From the NCBI GenBank assembly GCA_002269645.1, contig NIVC01001403.1, positions 232,181-296,180 of the forward strand: a stretch of DNA of 64,000 bases, written 5' to 3'. Below, piece after piece: positions 24,101-36,420 of this stretch (within the stretch, counting starts at the first letter, position 1; every line of letters starts with the position of its first letter). A program made the translations under genes and the position numbers. The DNA is from Macrostomum lignano. Lineage: Eukaryota. The notes beneath the pieces were generated by a model. It searched no databases, was not told where the DNA came from, and saw only the letters and a list, made by a program, of their open reading frames with translations.

Positions 24101-25804
24101 CTGCAGGACCCGGTAATAAGCGAAGTGATAGCTCTGACGCTCCAGGGGTGGCCGAGCTCCATCAAGCATCTGCGGTCGGAGTTGCAGCCGTTCTGGAGGA
24201 TCCGAATGCAGCTGACGGCCTGGAATGACGGCAAGTGCCTGGCCAACGGCACTCGAGCGGTGATCCCCGCATCCCTGAGGGAGAAGACGCTGCAGCTGGC
24301 ACACTTCGGACACCTCGGCGTGAGCAGAATGAAGCAGCACTGTCGGGACGCCGTCTGGTGGCCGCAAATCGACCAGCACATTGAGGAGTTCGTGCGGCAC
24401 TGTGAGGCCTGTCTGCTAAGCGAGAAGAATTTCAAGCCATCCAAGACGGTTCTGACCCCGACAAAGTGGCCGACGCGTCCATGGGAGGAGCTTCAGCTAG
24501 ACATCTTTGGGGAGCTGCACTCGGCTCCGAACTCCTGCCGCTTCATCCTGGTGCTGTACGACTTGCACTCAAAGTGGCCGGAGGCTGCCTGCATGTCAAC
24601 CATCACAAGCGCTGATGTCATCGACGCCTTGACTACGTGGTTTAGTCGTTGGGGGCTGCCGAAGAGTATCAACACAGATGGAGGGCCTCAGTTCGTGTCC
24701 GGTGATTTCGAGGATTTTCTCCGGCGCTGTGGCATCCAGCATCGGCAGTCGCCGCACTACCACCCTCAGGGCAACGCGGCGGTGGAGCGTTTCAACCGGT
24801 TTCTCAAGGACGGCCTCAAGACGCACTTGGAGGAGGGCTATGACTTTAAGGACGCGGTGAAGGCACTGCTGTGGTCGTACAGAGCCACCCCGCATGCACT
24901 GACTGGAGTTTCGCCGGCGGAGCTGATGACAGGCCGGAAGATCAGCACTCCCCTGACAGCCCTACAGCCAAGGACGGCAGCGCGGCACAGACTGGCGGCC
25001 GGCATCAAGCGGAAACAGCAGCGAGTTTTCAACCAGCTCAACTCGACCAGGAGACCCCCGCCGACTTTCATGGTCGGCGACTGGGTGCGGGTGAAGCGGC
25101 TGTTCGCCCGCGGCAAGCTAAGCAGCCGCCTGTCCGAGCCTCGTGAGATCTCCCGGATCGCGAGCGCCACCACCGTCATCCTCAATGATGGCTCCCGCTG
25201 GCACGTCGACAATTGTGTTCGAGTGCCGCGGCCCGCCGGAGCGCTGCCACACTGGCCCGCGACGGCTTCCAGCGCGGCGGCGATTCCGGCGGAGGCGGCG
25301 GCGGAGGCGGCAGAGCCAGCGCGGCCGCAGCAGACAGCCCAGACTGCGGTTCGAGTGAGCACGAGGACGCGAGCGCCTCCACAGTGGTACGGGGAAATTG
25401 TGACGCATTAACTGATTTATTAGTGACTGCTAACTGACTTTCTCACGAACGATGTGCATTTGAAGCCAAATTAGTTGTTTTCAGACTAATATTGCGATTT
25501 AATGCTCAGTGAAATACTCAGTGTGATGATCTACTTTTATTCCTTCGATGCTCAGTCATGCGCTTTTATTCCTTGTTCAATATTTCGACGAATTCGGTTT
25601 TCGCGATTCCACTAATCGGAAGGGAAGGTGAATGTTGTGTTGCTACTCAATGTGTGTGTGTAGTTGTGCGTACGTTCGTTGTACATCTGTTAGCTATCGA
25701 TCGCATTACAATATATGATATATAAGTGAGAGCGCGTTGAGTTTGAGAGCTTGAGAGTTTCGCCTACAAACTTGCAGACTGGCTGGCTTATTCATTATAC
25801 AACA
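21113..25804 (+). mobile_element. Ty3/Gypsy LTR retrotransposon (Mag-like gag), structurally complete
   Basis: 172-bp LTRs TG...CA at 21113-21284 and 25633-25804 with a single mismatch; PBS-like TGGCGTC after the 5' LTR; PPT GGAAGGGAAGGTGAA before the 3' LTR; flanks CCTAG/GCTAG (5-bp TSD with one mismatch). Confidence 0.95.
21422..25411 (+). pseudogene. gag-pol polyprotein (single frame) with one in-frame TAA at 23093-23095 in RT
   Basis: Gag zinc knuckles (C..C...H....C, CHVCGRANHFGRVC), protease VDSGA, RT YIDD, RNase H CDSS/EREAL/TDH, integrase HHCC and DDE. The two track ORFs are in the same frame: GLYR*KRVCYGL. Confidence 0.9.
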
Positions 25805-26011
25805 GCTAGACTGCTCGCCACACGATCAAGCTACCATGGGGCTGACCATCTGACAGTAGTGGGGGGCCAGGACTCTAATTGATTTATTTCTGAGACCTGA
25901 GGCCCGAAAGCTTCCCCACAAGGGGGCCGGAAGGTCGAAACCCATCAAATCCACGAACAGTTTAGAGCGCAGCTCTTGAGCCGAAAATTATTATTTGCTA
26001 ATTGATAAGTA

Positions 26012-26395
26012 CCCTAGAGGACATTCTGTTTCTCAAACTTAGCAGATCTTGTCTCTGTGCCATTCTTAGCAGATCTTCTCAATCTGCTAGGTTCTTGCAG
26101 GATCTTCTAAAGATGGAGGTACATTTGTTTTGTTATTCATTTGGCTAAAGTGTTCTAGCTGAACTATATTTTATTTTTTGACAAGATGGGACAATAAATT
26201 TAAGAAAATATTCGTTCGATTCGAAGCTATAAAAAGATATAAAAGATAAGATCTTGTACGATGTTAGCAAGATCTGGTAAGTTTACCTAAGTATTATTAT
26301 AGCAAAGATCTTGCACGTTCCTGCAAGTACTTGCGCAGCAACCCAAGAAGACAGACAAGATCTGCTAAAAATCAACAAGTCAATGTCTTCTAGGG
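26012..26395. mobile_element. MITE of about 385 bp with TA duplication and CCCTAGA(G/A)GACATT TIRs
   Basis: TA|CCCTAGAGGACATT ... AATGTCTTCTAGGG|TA; interior rich in AGATCT motifs. Confidence 0.6.
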
Positions 26396-27800
26396 TACCA
26401 GGAATAGAATGACGTTACATTAATTGTAAAGCCCGCGTGCAGTTCGATCAATTTTGCTAGGCACTCCAATGACCTGCTGGAACTCATTGGAGGGTTTCCA
26501 GTTTGTTGCGCGGCGCTGGCCAAGCTTTGGTGGTCAAGCGATCACAGCGGCAAAGCCATGTGCACGTCATTTACTATTGTCAGTAAAGATGGTTGCGCTC
26601 TGACGCCCTGTGGCCACTGTAAATGTACAAAAATTGTAATGAATTAAGGCGATAATTTCAGATAATATTAGATCGGGGCCAGCCCGATGGCGATTTGTTA
26701 AAAAATTACGCTGGTATCAGCATGCAACCGCATGTAGACGGATGAACCTGTTTAGTCGGCACTGAATGAGAATTGAGACGCAGCCGACCCGTTTGCATGG
26801 TAACCACATACATTTACCTCAACTTCACCGTCACGGATCCAGTACAGTGCAGCTAAAATGTTTTTACTCGTGGATATAGTTAATAGTCAGTAAATATTTG
26901 TGAATACACTATAGTTTTTCGACCTGGAAGATATTAGTAAGAATTTTTAGATCTGCCAATTTATGCCCTTAATAAAAACTGATCTCTGAATGAAATTGCA
27001 CAGCCTGGTTTTATTTGAGATTTCGGATGGTAGCAGTTACCAAATGCAGCAAATATTTAACCTGTTTTTAGAGCTTTTAAGATTGAATAATGTGCTTACA
27101 CTTAGGTCTGCATATTTCTTCGTATCGTCAATAACGAAAAGTAATTGTATTTTCGCGCGAGAATTAACTTTCAAAATATCTGATAACGGTTTTTGGTTTT
27201 TGGTTGGTCTTTTGCGTTAATACTGTGAACAGACGGAACTGTGAGGCCAGACATCAACTTAGCTGACTTGTTGGCGTTTCGGTAGAAGCGTTGTGCTTGT
27301 AAATATTGTACATTTTGTACAGATACTATAAGGTAAGTTAGGCTTTTATTGTAATGTATTGTAAGTTACCTAAAGTTTATTTATTGTAGAATGTATGTAT
27401 GTAGGCCTACAAAGACAAAAGTAAAATTTTACTATTTGGAATTTCAATTTTAGGCTAAATTCTAGGGGGCCTAATGCAAAATTCTGATGTCATCAATTTT
27501 GAATTGCTTTTTAGGATTGGTATTGGCTTGTAGAATAGTTTAATTTCTAGAATGTTAAATGCCTAAGTCAGAGTAATAAGACTATATTAGTGCATGTTGC
27601 ATGATCCTGACTATGCCTATGGCTGTGCACCTCCCCCCTAAATCTGCTACTGGCCCGTATGACCATGCTACCATAGTCCGGATCATGCTAGGTGCAAGCC
27701 TGAACAAAAATGGATTAATTATAAATGCACACTGAAAAAAAATTAGTGCATGCCATTCCCAAAAATATGCCAGTGTTGTGCCATTTTGCGGATGGTGGGG

Positions 27801-28100
27801 CATACATGCGCAACGTCCAAAATTCGGTCGGCCGTGCGACTTAGTTTTAACAAAAATGCGACGTAGTTTTTGGCCAAAAATGCGACTTACATGTAAAAAA
27901 AACCCCAAAGCAAAATTAACGCAACTTTGGGTAAACGGCGGGAGTAACTATGACTGTCTAAACAGGCAAAAATGCTTCGTCAGCTACTTAGTACTACTAC
28001 GGGGGTAATTTTTTTGGGTGGGCATTTTTGCGACTTCCTTGGTTGGCTGCCAAATCAGTTGGCCGGATCGGCCGACTCGGCCGACTGTTGCGCATGTATG
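27801..28100 (+). mobile_element. 300-bp MITE, copy 1 (TIR CATACATGCGCAAC, 8-bp TSD TGGTGGGG), carrying a 28S rRNA fragment
   Basis: Perfect 14-bp TIRs; TSD at 27793-27800 and 28101-28108. An 8-bp TSD fits the hAT or P superfamilies. Confidence 0.88.
27929..27992 (+). other. 28S rRNA H69-H71-derived fragment (not an rRNA gene)
   Basis: GGGTAAACGGCGGGAGTAACTATGACT (27 nt) is identical to the conserved eukaryotic LSU sequence as I recall it; followed by AAATGCTTCGTCAGCTACTTAGT, similar to AAATGCCTCGTCATCTAATTAGT. Confidence 0.85.
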
Positions 28101-29360
28101 TGGTGGGGTGTATGCCGGAAAATTCCGGCATACACTTGATTTCCGTGGCGTACACCAGTGTACATTTCTTGGCTGTGTACAGTGTGGCGTACAGTGTGGT
28201 GTATGTGACTGGCGTAGAAATTAATATAATGAATTTTTTCGTGCTTTTACTGTGTTAAGTTATTTCAAAAACTATTTTTTTCTGCTACTATTTTCTCATC
28301 TACCAATCATTTTAATTACTGGAGTTGTCACGACAATCGTCATGTCATTATCAATTTTTTGTATTCTAAATTTAAATTTAAATATTCGCTGATTTTTTTA
28401 CCGTTTTTTAAGTTGGCATACATTTAAAATCTGTTGGCATACAATTGAAAATTCAATAAAAATGTGTCCGGCGTACACAGAAAACCTTCCGCAATATGGG
28501 TGTTGTGACAATAAATGACCTTTTTTAATTGCCTTATTGACCCTTATTAGCAGATAATTTCATTGATTTTTATGCTTTTTAGCAATAATATTTATAGCAA
28601 AACATTGATACTCACAAAAATTAGTTTAAATACTTTTTGCAAGCTAAAAAACCAGAAAACTTTTGCTAAAAATATTTTTTTTCATTTTTTTCTACTTTAC
28701 AATAACTCTTATGCATCATGCATGATTCTATTAAGTGTATACCAGGTGTATACACACTATTTTTTCAAGAGTGATGCATGCCAATTGTGCATGCCTAATT
28801 TTGACATGCAAGGCCAATGCATGCCTGAATTTTTGTGTATACTATATGATCTAGAGTAGGGCCATGCTATGTCTAAGAGTATTTGGGCTAGGCCTATCCT
28901 GCAAAATTGTTCATTAAACTCATTATATGCATATTTTTAGCTAGGCCTATTGACATGAAACTTCAAAAATGAATATATTTTCTTTATATCAATATTTAAA
29001 AGTGTTTTGGCATTAAAATCCCATTGTAAAAGGTTGCAACTTAACTTTTTATTGCAATTTCCAGGTTTTGCAAATTTCTAGGGCAAAGCCAAAGGTTGTC
29101 TGCTAGCCAATAGTGTGATTCAGGCGCAAATTCGTGCTAGGCGCAAAAATGGCACAAATGCATGAATCCTGGGGGTCTGGCATGAAATTTTGTAGAACCA
29201 TGGGTGCAAAAATTGCATTCTTATTTTCTGCTTTTTACACTTAAATTCTCTTGTCAGACAATATGAAATACTGTCTGAAGTGCAAGGTTGCTGAGCTGAA
29301 GCGCAAGGCTGCTGAGCTGCTGTCAACATTGTCAATCACCCACGGTTCACCTTCAGATCG

Positions 29361-32292
29361 TGTAGTAGTGTACGCCGGAACAAGAATCCTATCTCAGCTA
29401 AATGTACGTCAGTGTATGCCAAAAACAAAAAAATTCTCTAAAATGTATGCCAAAAATTCCTCCTAAAAAAGGTCATTCGGTTTTCATGAGTAGAGTTTTC
29501 TAAGAAATGTTTTTTGTACAAAAATTCTTTCAAATATTACAAATATTTTCATTTTAAACAAACTTAAATTAAACCTACAGAAAAAAGAATGCAAAATTTA
29601 CATTCTTAGCAATAATTTACACAAATTTTATTCATTGTTAATTGTAAAAAAACTAAAAAGTTTATCACTGACTTTTTAGACTATATAAATTTTCCTTCAT
29701 TTTACGTAAAAACTAGAAAGGGTTAATTTACATTACAATTTTTTTACACGCATCAATTTATTCACCAAAATTGGTATGCCAAAAATTTCTCGAGCTCAAA
29801 GTGGTATGCCAAAATGGTGTGCCAAAATAGCCAAACTTCTCAATGGTACGCCAGAAAATTCCGGCTTACATGTAACCTTCCTGAGTGTGGTCAATCACTA
29901 GCCCAAGCAGTTGTCTACCTGCAGACATTGCCAACAAGAAGTTCAAGCGGGACATGGCTGGAACTTGAGAGACATGCTAATTGCTAGCCAGACACATCTT
30001 CAAAAGTGTTATCAATTGACTTATTTGGCTGTCAGTAGAATATTATTGGCATGGCGCAAAAATTTTCAGTTGGCGCGAAATTTGGCAAACTTTCCAATCA
30101 CACTACTGCTGCTAGCCATTTTTAAGTAAAAAGCACTAGTGATAGATCAAAATTCAATTTTGATTTTGACATTCCAAATTTTGAACCCAATTTTGCAACA
30201 AAATAATTTTGATTTTGATTATAAATTTCAACACTATTCATCAAAAATCATTTTGAAATTTTGGTTATATTTTAACAATTTAGACATTGATGAACATGCT
30301 ACATGAGTAAGAAAATCTATAGGATGTGAAAGGAAACACAGTTCAAAGACTTAGTGGGGAGGTAAGAATTGCCTTTTCTATAAGAAAAGATTGTGTGGGA
30401 CACACACATTGTTCTAGGCCTTATGCTGCACCCAATTCAACTGGCTGAACTCATCGGCGTGGATTTTAATTGGCTAAAGACTTGAAGCCTTAATAAAATG
30501 GATATATCTAGATCTCCAGTTTAAACAGTAGTGAAGTATAATACACCTATTCTATGCACAACCTTGTATAATAAGAACCAAAAATTTTGATTTCAATACA
30601 AAAATAATTTTGATCCATCTTAGCAATTTTATTAAAGCATTTTATTTGCAATATTTACAACAAAATATTTTTATCAAACTCCAGGTTACATGTACACCAG
30701 AAAATTTGGCTATACAAATGACCCTTTTTAAATTTGGCATACAAATTTTAGTGTACAAATTCATGTAATTTTTTTGGCATACAAATTCATACCATTTTTT
30801 TTGCTTATAAATTTTAGTGAATAAATTTATGCTGTGCACCAGGGTCCGGATCATGTAGTAGTGTATGCTGGAACAAGAATCCTATTTCAGCTAAATGTAT
30901 GCCAATGTATACCAAAAGCAAAAAAATTCCCTAAAATGTATGCCAAAGATTCTGCCTAAAAAAGTTCATTTGGTTTTCATGAGTAAAGTTTCCTAAGAAA
31001 GGCTTTCATACAAAAAGTCTTTGAAAAAATATGAATGTTTTCATTTTAAACAAACTTAAATTAAACCTACAGAAATAATGATGCAAAATTTATGTTCTTA
31101 GCAATCATTTATACTAATTTTATTTATTGTTAATTTTAAAGAAGCAAAAAGTTTATCACTTACTTTTAAGACTATACAATTTTTTATTTATTTTATGTAA
31201 AGATGTTAATTTACATTACAATTTTAATACACAACAGGATTTATTCACCAAAAATGGTATGCCAAAACAATTGCATGAATTTGTGGTCCAACCGGGCGTA
31301 GCTTGGTTGGGTGTTAAACCAGTGGGGTGTGGCTCTTGTGCGTTGGTGCGGGGGGTGGTGGGCCGGGCCTTGGTCACGTGCCTGCAGCCTGGGTGGCGTT
31401 TTTTAATACGGTGCGGGCTGTCGCTGACCTGCCAAGTGCGTATTGATTTTTTTTCTCGCTTTTAAGTCTCCAAGGTTTTTATTTGGCTTTTAAGTCTGGT
31501 AAATTAAAGTTAATAAATATGCTCGAATACTCGTACAATAGGGCCAGGCTCGAACCTGCGCCTCTCGTGCCAACTGCCTTGACTTCGTCTCACTGGTTTA
31601 ATACGCCAAATTTGAAAGGGGTCATTTGTACTCCAGAAAAGAAGACTCCTGGAGTTTGGGCTATGCATAAATGTAATGTAAGTTAATGCTTTTATATAAA
31701 ATTAAGGAAAAATTGTATCTAGTCTAGAAAGTCAGTAATAAACTTTTTGCTTCTTTAAAATAAAAAAATTAGTACAAATTATTTCTAAAAACATAAATTT
31801 TGTCTCATTCTTTTTATAGGTACAAGTATTATTTTAGTTTGTTTAAAATGAAAATATTTGTAATATTTAAAAAAGTTGTAAATATTATTAGCTTTATTAT
31901 TATTAGCTTATTATTAGCTTAATATTATTAGCTTATAAATATATTAGCTTTTTGTATGAAAACCTTTAAGAAACTCTACTTATTAAAACCAAATGACTTT
32001 TTTCAGGAGGAATTTTTGGCATAAATATAGATAACATTACTATAGATATATAGATAAAATACTATATTATTGCAAAACTCATACTTATACATAAGGTTTT
32101 CCTTCTACTCTTCAACTTTTATTAAATATATCAATGTATACTGGCCAAACAGGCTTCCTGCCTGAGCCAAACTTGCTACTACTCGTACTATTACATTTTA
32201 GGGAATTTTTTGTTTTTGGCATACACTGGCATATATTTAGCTAAGATAGGATTCTTGTTCTGGCGTACACTACTATACAATCTGGACCCTGG
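29361..32292. repeat. AT-rich segment of about 430 bp in three diverged copies: direct at 29361-29785 and 30854-31270, inverted at about 31668-32292
   Basis: Shared blocks such as GTAGTAGTGTA(C/T)GC..GAACAAGAATCCTAT and AAACAAACTTAAATTAAACCTACAG. Copies 2 and 3 form a foldback ending CCAGGGTCC/GGACCCTGG. Boundaries approximate. Confidence 0.65.
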
Positions 32293-33144
32293 TATTTCTA
32301 ACCCTAAACAATGAGTTTAATGAATGATTCTATAGGATAGCCAAATTTTTAATTCTATATTTCAAATTCTATAATTAACTAGTACTATACCATTGGTATT
32401 TCTACAAAAAATTAACACTTTTAGAGAAATGAAAATCTATATTATAGGCCTACTTAAACTAATTAAGCTTTTTAAAAAATCATATTTAAAAAAAATTATC
32501 TATGTACAAAATACTTATAATTAGAATGTCAAAATTAAAGGGTGTGGTTGGTATTTGGTCTATATACATTTTCATTGAATAAGTAGTAATGACCTATAGG
32601 CTATTATTTACCAAAATATTTGTATTTGGTATTTTTGGTATTCAAATTGATTTTTTCAAATACTTAAATTAAATCAAATTTGTTCAAAAATTTAATTTTG
32701 CCCTATCTTTATCATTTTGTAAAGGTATTTAAGGCATAATAATGCAAAACTACTTTTAAGCAATCCTTATTTTCAAAATTCCTTGGTCATAGTTGGGATT
32801 AGAATAGGCCTAATGGGACTTTGCTATTGGACTACAACCAAAGCTACCAATTTTCTGTTTAGGGCAGGTGGCCTTAGAAGGATGATGTCAGATCTCTTTC
32901 TGTCTAGGTATTAGTACCTCAAGCCATAGCTTTATAAGCTATTTTTCCTAAGGTTATATCCTTTTACCCTATTCTAGATATAGTCCCTGTACCTAAAAAT
33001 CATTAAAATGCATGGTAAGTTATAAAAAAGCACAACATATCAAAAATAAATAATGGGTCTGCTTCCTATCAAAAGCAATAACAATTTTTGAGCTGAAAAC
33101 TAATTTTTTCAAAAAATGAGGTTTCCCATCCTTCTACTATGAGT

Positions 33145-33416
33145 CATACATGCGCAACTGCTGGCCGACCTGGCCGATCTGGCCACCGTAAATTGTGGTG
33201 GACCAGGGGTAAGTCGCAAAAATGCTACCCCAAAGAATACAGGCGTAGTACTAATTAGATGCCGAGGCATTTACGCCTGATAAGACAGTTATAGTTACTC
33301 CTGCCGTTTACCCAAAGTTTAATTTTGCTCTAGGGTTTCTTTCACAGGTAAGTCGTATTTTTGGTCAAAAAGTAAGTTGCATGGCCAGTGTAAATCAGGG
33401 GGGTTGCGCATGTATG
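33145..33416 (-). mobile_element. 272-bp MITE, copy 2 of the 28S-carrying family (TSD CTATGAGT), opposite orientation to copy 1
   Basis: Same 14-bp TIRs; TSD at 33137-33144 and 33417-33424; internal sequence aligns with copy 1 along its length. Confidence 0.88.
33250..33313 (-). other. 28S rRNA H69-H71-derived fragment, second copy
   Basis: Reverse complement GGGTAAACGGCAGGAGTAACTATAACTGTCTTATCAGGCGTAAATGCCTCGGCATCTAATTAGT. Confidence 0.85.
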
Positions 33417-33594
33417 CTATGAGTAGTCCATGACTTTGACTTTGGTAAAAAAAGATAAATTTGTTAATGCAGTGTTGCTACAGGCTGCGTTTTTAACGCA
33501 GCTGCATTTTTTCTTTGAAAAATCTGCGTTTGTGCGTTTTTTTCTGCGTTTTTTTTCATTCTGCGTTTTTACTTGCTAGCTGTTTTGTTGGTGA

Positions 33595-34135
33595 CTTAAG
33601 TGGCAATGCGGCAGTGGAGCGTGTGTTTGCCGATCTTACAGACCTTTTTTCAAAGAAAAGAAGCAATCTGGACATCCGCACCATAGATGGCTGTCTGCTT
33701 ACCCGAGGTTTCCTGAAGTCGACCGGTTTGACTTGTGAAACGTTTCACTTCAATGACGCGTACATCAACGCAGGCTTTCATGCTCGGCACAGCTGGAAGC
33801 AGCACCTAGAGCGGCAGCGGGAGGAGAATGAGGAGAAGCAGAAGAAGTTGGCAAAGGAGAGAGAGTTGGCAGTAGAAATTGCACAGGAAATTAAGAAGGC
33901 AACACACTCTGCACAGTTGCAGGCAAAGGAGGAGAGCATACGGAAGAGGAGACTGGAGGTAGATGCGCAAGCGGACAGAGCTGCCGCAATGCTTGACGAA
34001 TATCAGCGACAGGTAGCTGCCCTAGCGATTGAGCGCAAGACACTGGAGAAGGAGACTGAGGGCCTCAAAGAGAAAAAGAGAAAGTTGGAGGAGAAGGCGA
34101 CCAAGTCTACCATCGCCAGTTATTTCAAAAAGTGA
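33595..34135 (+). pseudogene. hAT transposase C-terminal dimerization-domain relic plus coiled-coil tail
   Basis: SGNAAVERVFADLTDLFSKKRSNLDIRTIDGCL resembles the hATC motif (S.A..ER.FS.......R..L); no credible start codon or catalytic core. Confidence 0.65.
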
Positions 34136-34192
34136 CGCCGGTAACTTTTGGTAACAATGATTTTTGGGCTTACATAGACATAATTGGTTAGG

Positions 34193-34410
34193 CAGTGTTG
34201 GGCAAGTTCACAAAAAAGGAACTTTCGTACAACGAACTTTTGAACTTTATGCAAGGGCATTTCCTACTTGGTCAGTCATGCTCGAGTAACAACCATTTCT
34301 TTACCTCATTCTACTGCCAAACAGTTAAAAATGATCTCATTCTGCTATTCTTTCAATATCATTTTAAAAATGAATTGAACTTTTCCAAAAATGAACTTTG
34401 CCAAACACTG
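34193..34410. mobile_element. Nested 218-bp MITE with CAGTGTT(G/T)GGCAA TIRs
   Basis: CAGTGTTGGGCAAGTTCA ... TGAACTTTGCCAAACACTG; no TSD match. Confidence 0.55.
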
Positions 34411-34700
34411 CATATGGGGATACAGGGTTTGCAACAAAGATGCATCCAGGCATGATCTAGGTATCAGTTTTATTTTACATGCATTTTATTACGAACAGCT
34501 ATGCTCGCAATCTTGCTCTTTGAGTGACTGAGAGGGTAGAGACAGTGAGAACTGAAAGAGTAACAGATGACATGAATTTTTACATTTATTCTTCAAGTTG
34601 TTGCATTGTTGTTGTCGTGCTGTTTCCATGTATGTTTGCATCGGCTATCGATCGAGATACACATATTGCACGTATACGTACTCACTGTTGCTCTTATATG

Positions 34701-35065
34701 TATAGGTTGTCCAATGTCTAGAAAGTTCTGTCCATTTTTTTATACAAATGTTCATCGAGTCGAAAAAGTTGCCGATCTCCGAGATGAGGGCCAGTTCGTT
34801 GTTGAAGCTCTTGCCTTGCAGATGCCGGTCAATGGCGCGGAATAGATAGATAGAGCAAGCAGTGCAAAAGGTGCTCATTATCATGTGCCATTCTTTGCTG
34901 GAAAGAAGCAACTTTCAGTTAGATGCAGGTGGTGGTAGAAAGGTGAGTAACATATATTGCTAATAGGCAAATATGAACAACAATGGATAATAGATAAGTA
35001 AGTTTTAGTATAAGGAAGTTAGACCATGTGAAAAAATCGGACAGAACTTTCTGGACAACCCAATA
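34701..35065 (-). mobile_element. Nested internally deleted mariner element
   Basis: TA-flanked inverted ends (T/TG)GGTTGTCC...AGAAAGTTCTGTCC; minus-strand relic YLFRAIDRHLQGKSFNNELALISEIGNFFDS...RHWTTY resembles a mariner transposase C-terminus. Confidence 0.65.
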
Positions 35066-36338
35066 AGTGCAGGATAAGTTGCGTATCCTAGTTTGTCTGT
35101 TAGCCAATATCCATCGGCCAATTTTTGTGCACTCGCTGGCCGCTGCTGATTAAAGAGGAAATACATAAATTTTTGCATGTGACCATTTATGACATCTGCT
35201 GGTTGGCTGGTAGCCGTGTTGATTTTGGAATAAAATGTACTGATGTACTCTCAGCCTTTTTACTATCGTATTGCTCAGCATCGTCGTGATTTTCTATTAT
35301 GCATTAGATATAAGAACATGTTTCGTTGCTAATGTATCTTGTTGTTAATCATCCTAGGGCTGCTAGTCACTTGTGTGCATTTATACAGTATAGTTGTATG
35401 TGATCCAGGGCACAGTGCTAGGATGTTTCAGGGCCTAGATCATTTCTCTGTATTCTACTAATAGTGCAATGTAAATTTGTTCCTCAAACTCCTTGATGTC
35501 GTTCATCATTATTTGCTCAACAGACAAGGGTACAGCCTGCAGTTGTGCAACTCGAGAACAGCTTCTTAATACTTGTATTAGCTACTGACTGGCATCTAAC
35601 ATGTAATGTACTAGCAGTTCGCATCTAAAAATTAAGGACAGCAGGCTTCGGATTTGTTAAGAAAATTGTTGCTTTACACGGTGCCGTGTACATATGCAAA
35701 AACACAGAGCACACCCACGTAGGCAGGGCAGAAGCATGAATGTACAATAGAGTAGTTCTGAGCTTCATTATAATTTTTAGTACTGCCTGCGTTTTTTTTT
35801 ATCGGCTGCGTCTATTTTTTTTCAAATGCCTGTAGCAACACTGTTAATGGCAATTCTAGTGATAAAGAGCAGTTCATAGTATTTATTTAGTTATTTTATT
35901 ATATTTTGAAATTTCTATCAAAAGAAATTTACTTTTGTTTAATTGTTTATATGATTTTTGAATGAAACTTGTTTTTAAAATTGTTATTTTATTGTTATTA
36001 AACAAAAAAAATTAGTACAAAAACATTGTTAAGGCTTAAATTATAGTTATCAAAGTTTAGGCTAATGAATTAATTATTGAAATTATCTCTATGAAGAATC
36101 AAATATAATAAAACATTTCTTGCATTTTATGATTTTTATAATATTTTTACTTATCAAGTAAACCTACTAAAATTTATACATATTTATAAATAATGACATT
36201 AAAACAGAACAATAGTAGTCTAAACTCATTTTTGGGGAAAATCTTTCATTCTTAAACTACTTAAAAAATATAACTTTTTCCAATACCTAGTTAACTTTTA
36301 ATAGTACTCTTGATTTATATATGTATTGCATGATTACT

Positions 36339-36420
36339 GGAGTTGTAGCTTAGTGGTTAGAGCATTGAACTCATACCTGAAAGGTTGGGGTTCAATTCCC
36401 AATCCCATTGGAACAATTTG
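36339..36420 (+). mobile_element. tRNA-derived SINE head, family B (truncated)
   Basis: A-box TAGCTTAGTGG, B-box GGTTCAATTCC, followed by CCCATTGGAACAATTTG, similar to the copy at 58581. Confidence 0.55.

Larger units (their letters stand above)
33470..35843 (+). mobile_element. Internally deleted hAT-like element (2374 bp)
   Basis: 16-bp perfect TIRs CAGTGTTGCTACAGGC / GCCTGTAGCAACACTG, flanked by TTAATG on both sides; contains an hAT C-terminal relic. Confidence 0.75.

Noticed and set aside
25880-25955. Hammerhead ribozyme-like motif (CTGAGA...GAAAC)
   Set aside because: The CUGANGA core spacing is wrong and stems I and III are not evident.
27929-33313. rRNA gene, or one 5.6-kb element with long 28S-containing TIRs
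   Set aside because: Only 64 nt of rRNA-like sequence per site, and each site has its own TIR pair and its own 8-bp TSD, so these are two separate MITE insertions.
36339-36420. tRNA gene (also considered for 58581-58650 and 5330-5398)
   Set aside because: A/B boxes are present but acceptor and anticodon stems do not pair, and SINE body sequence follows in the first two.
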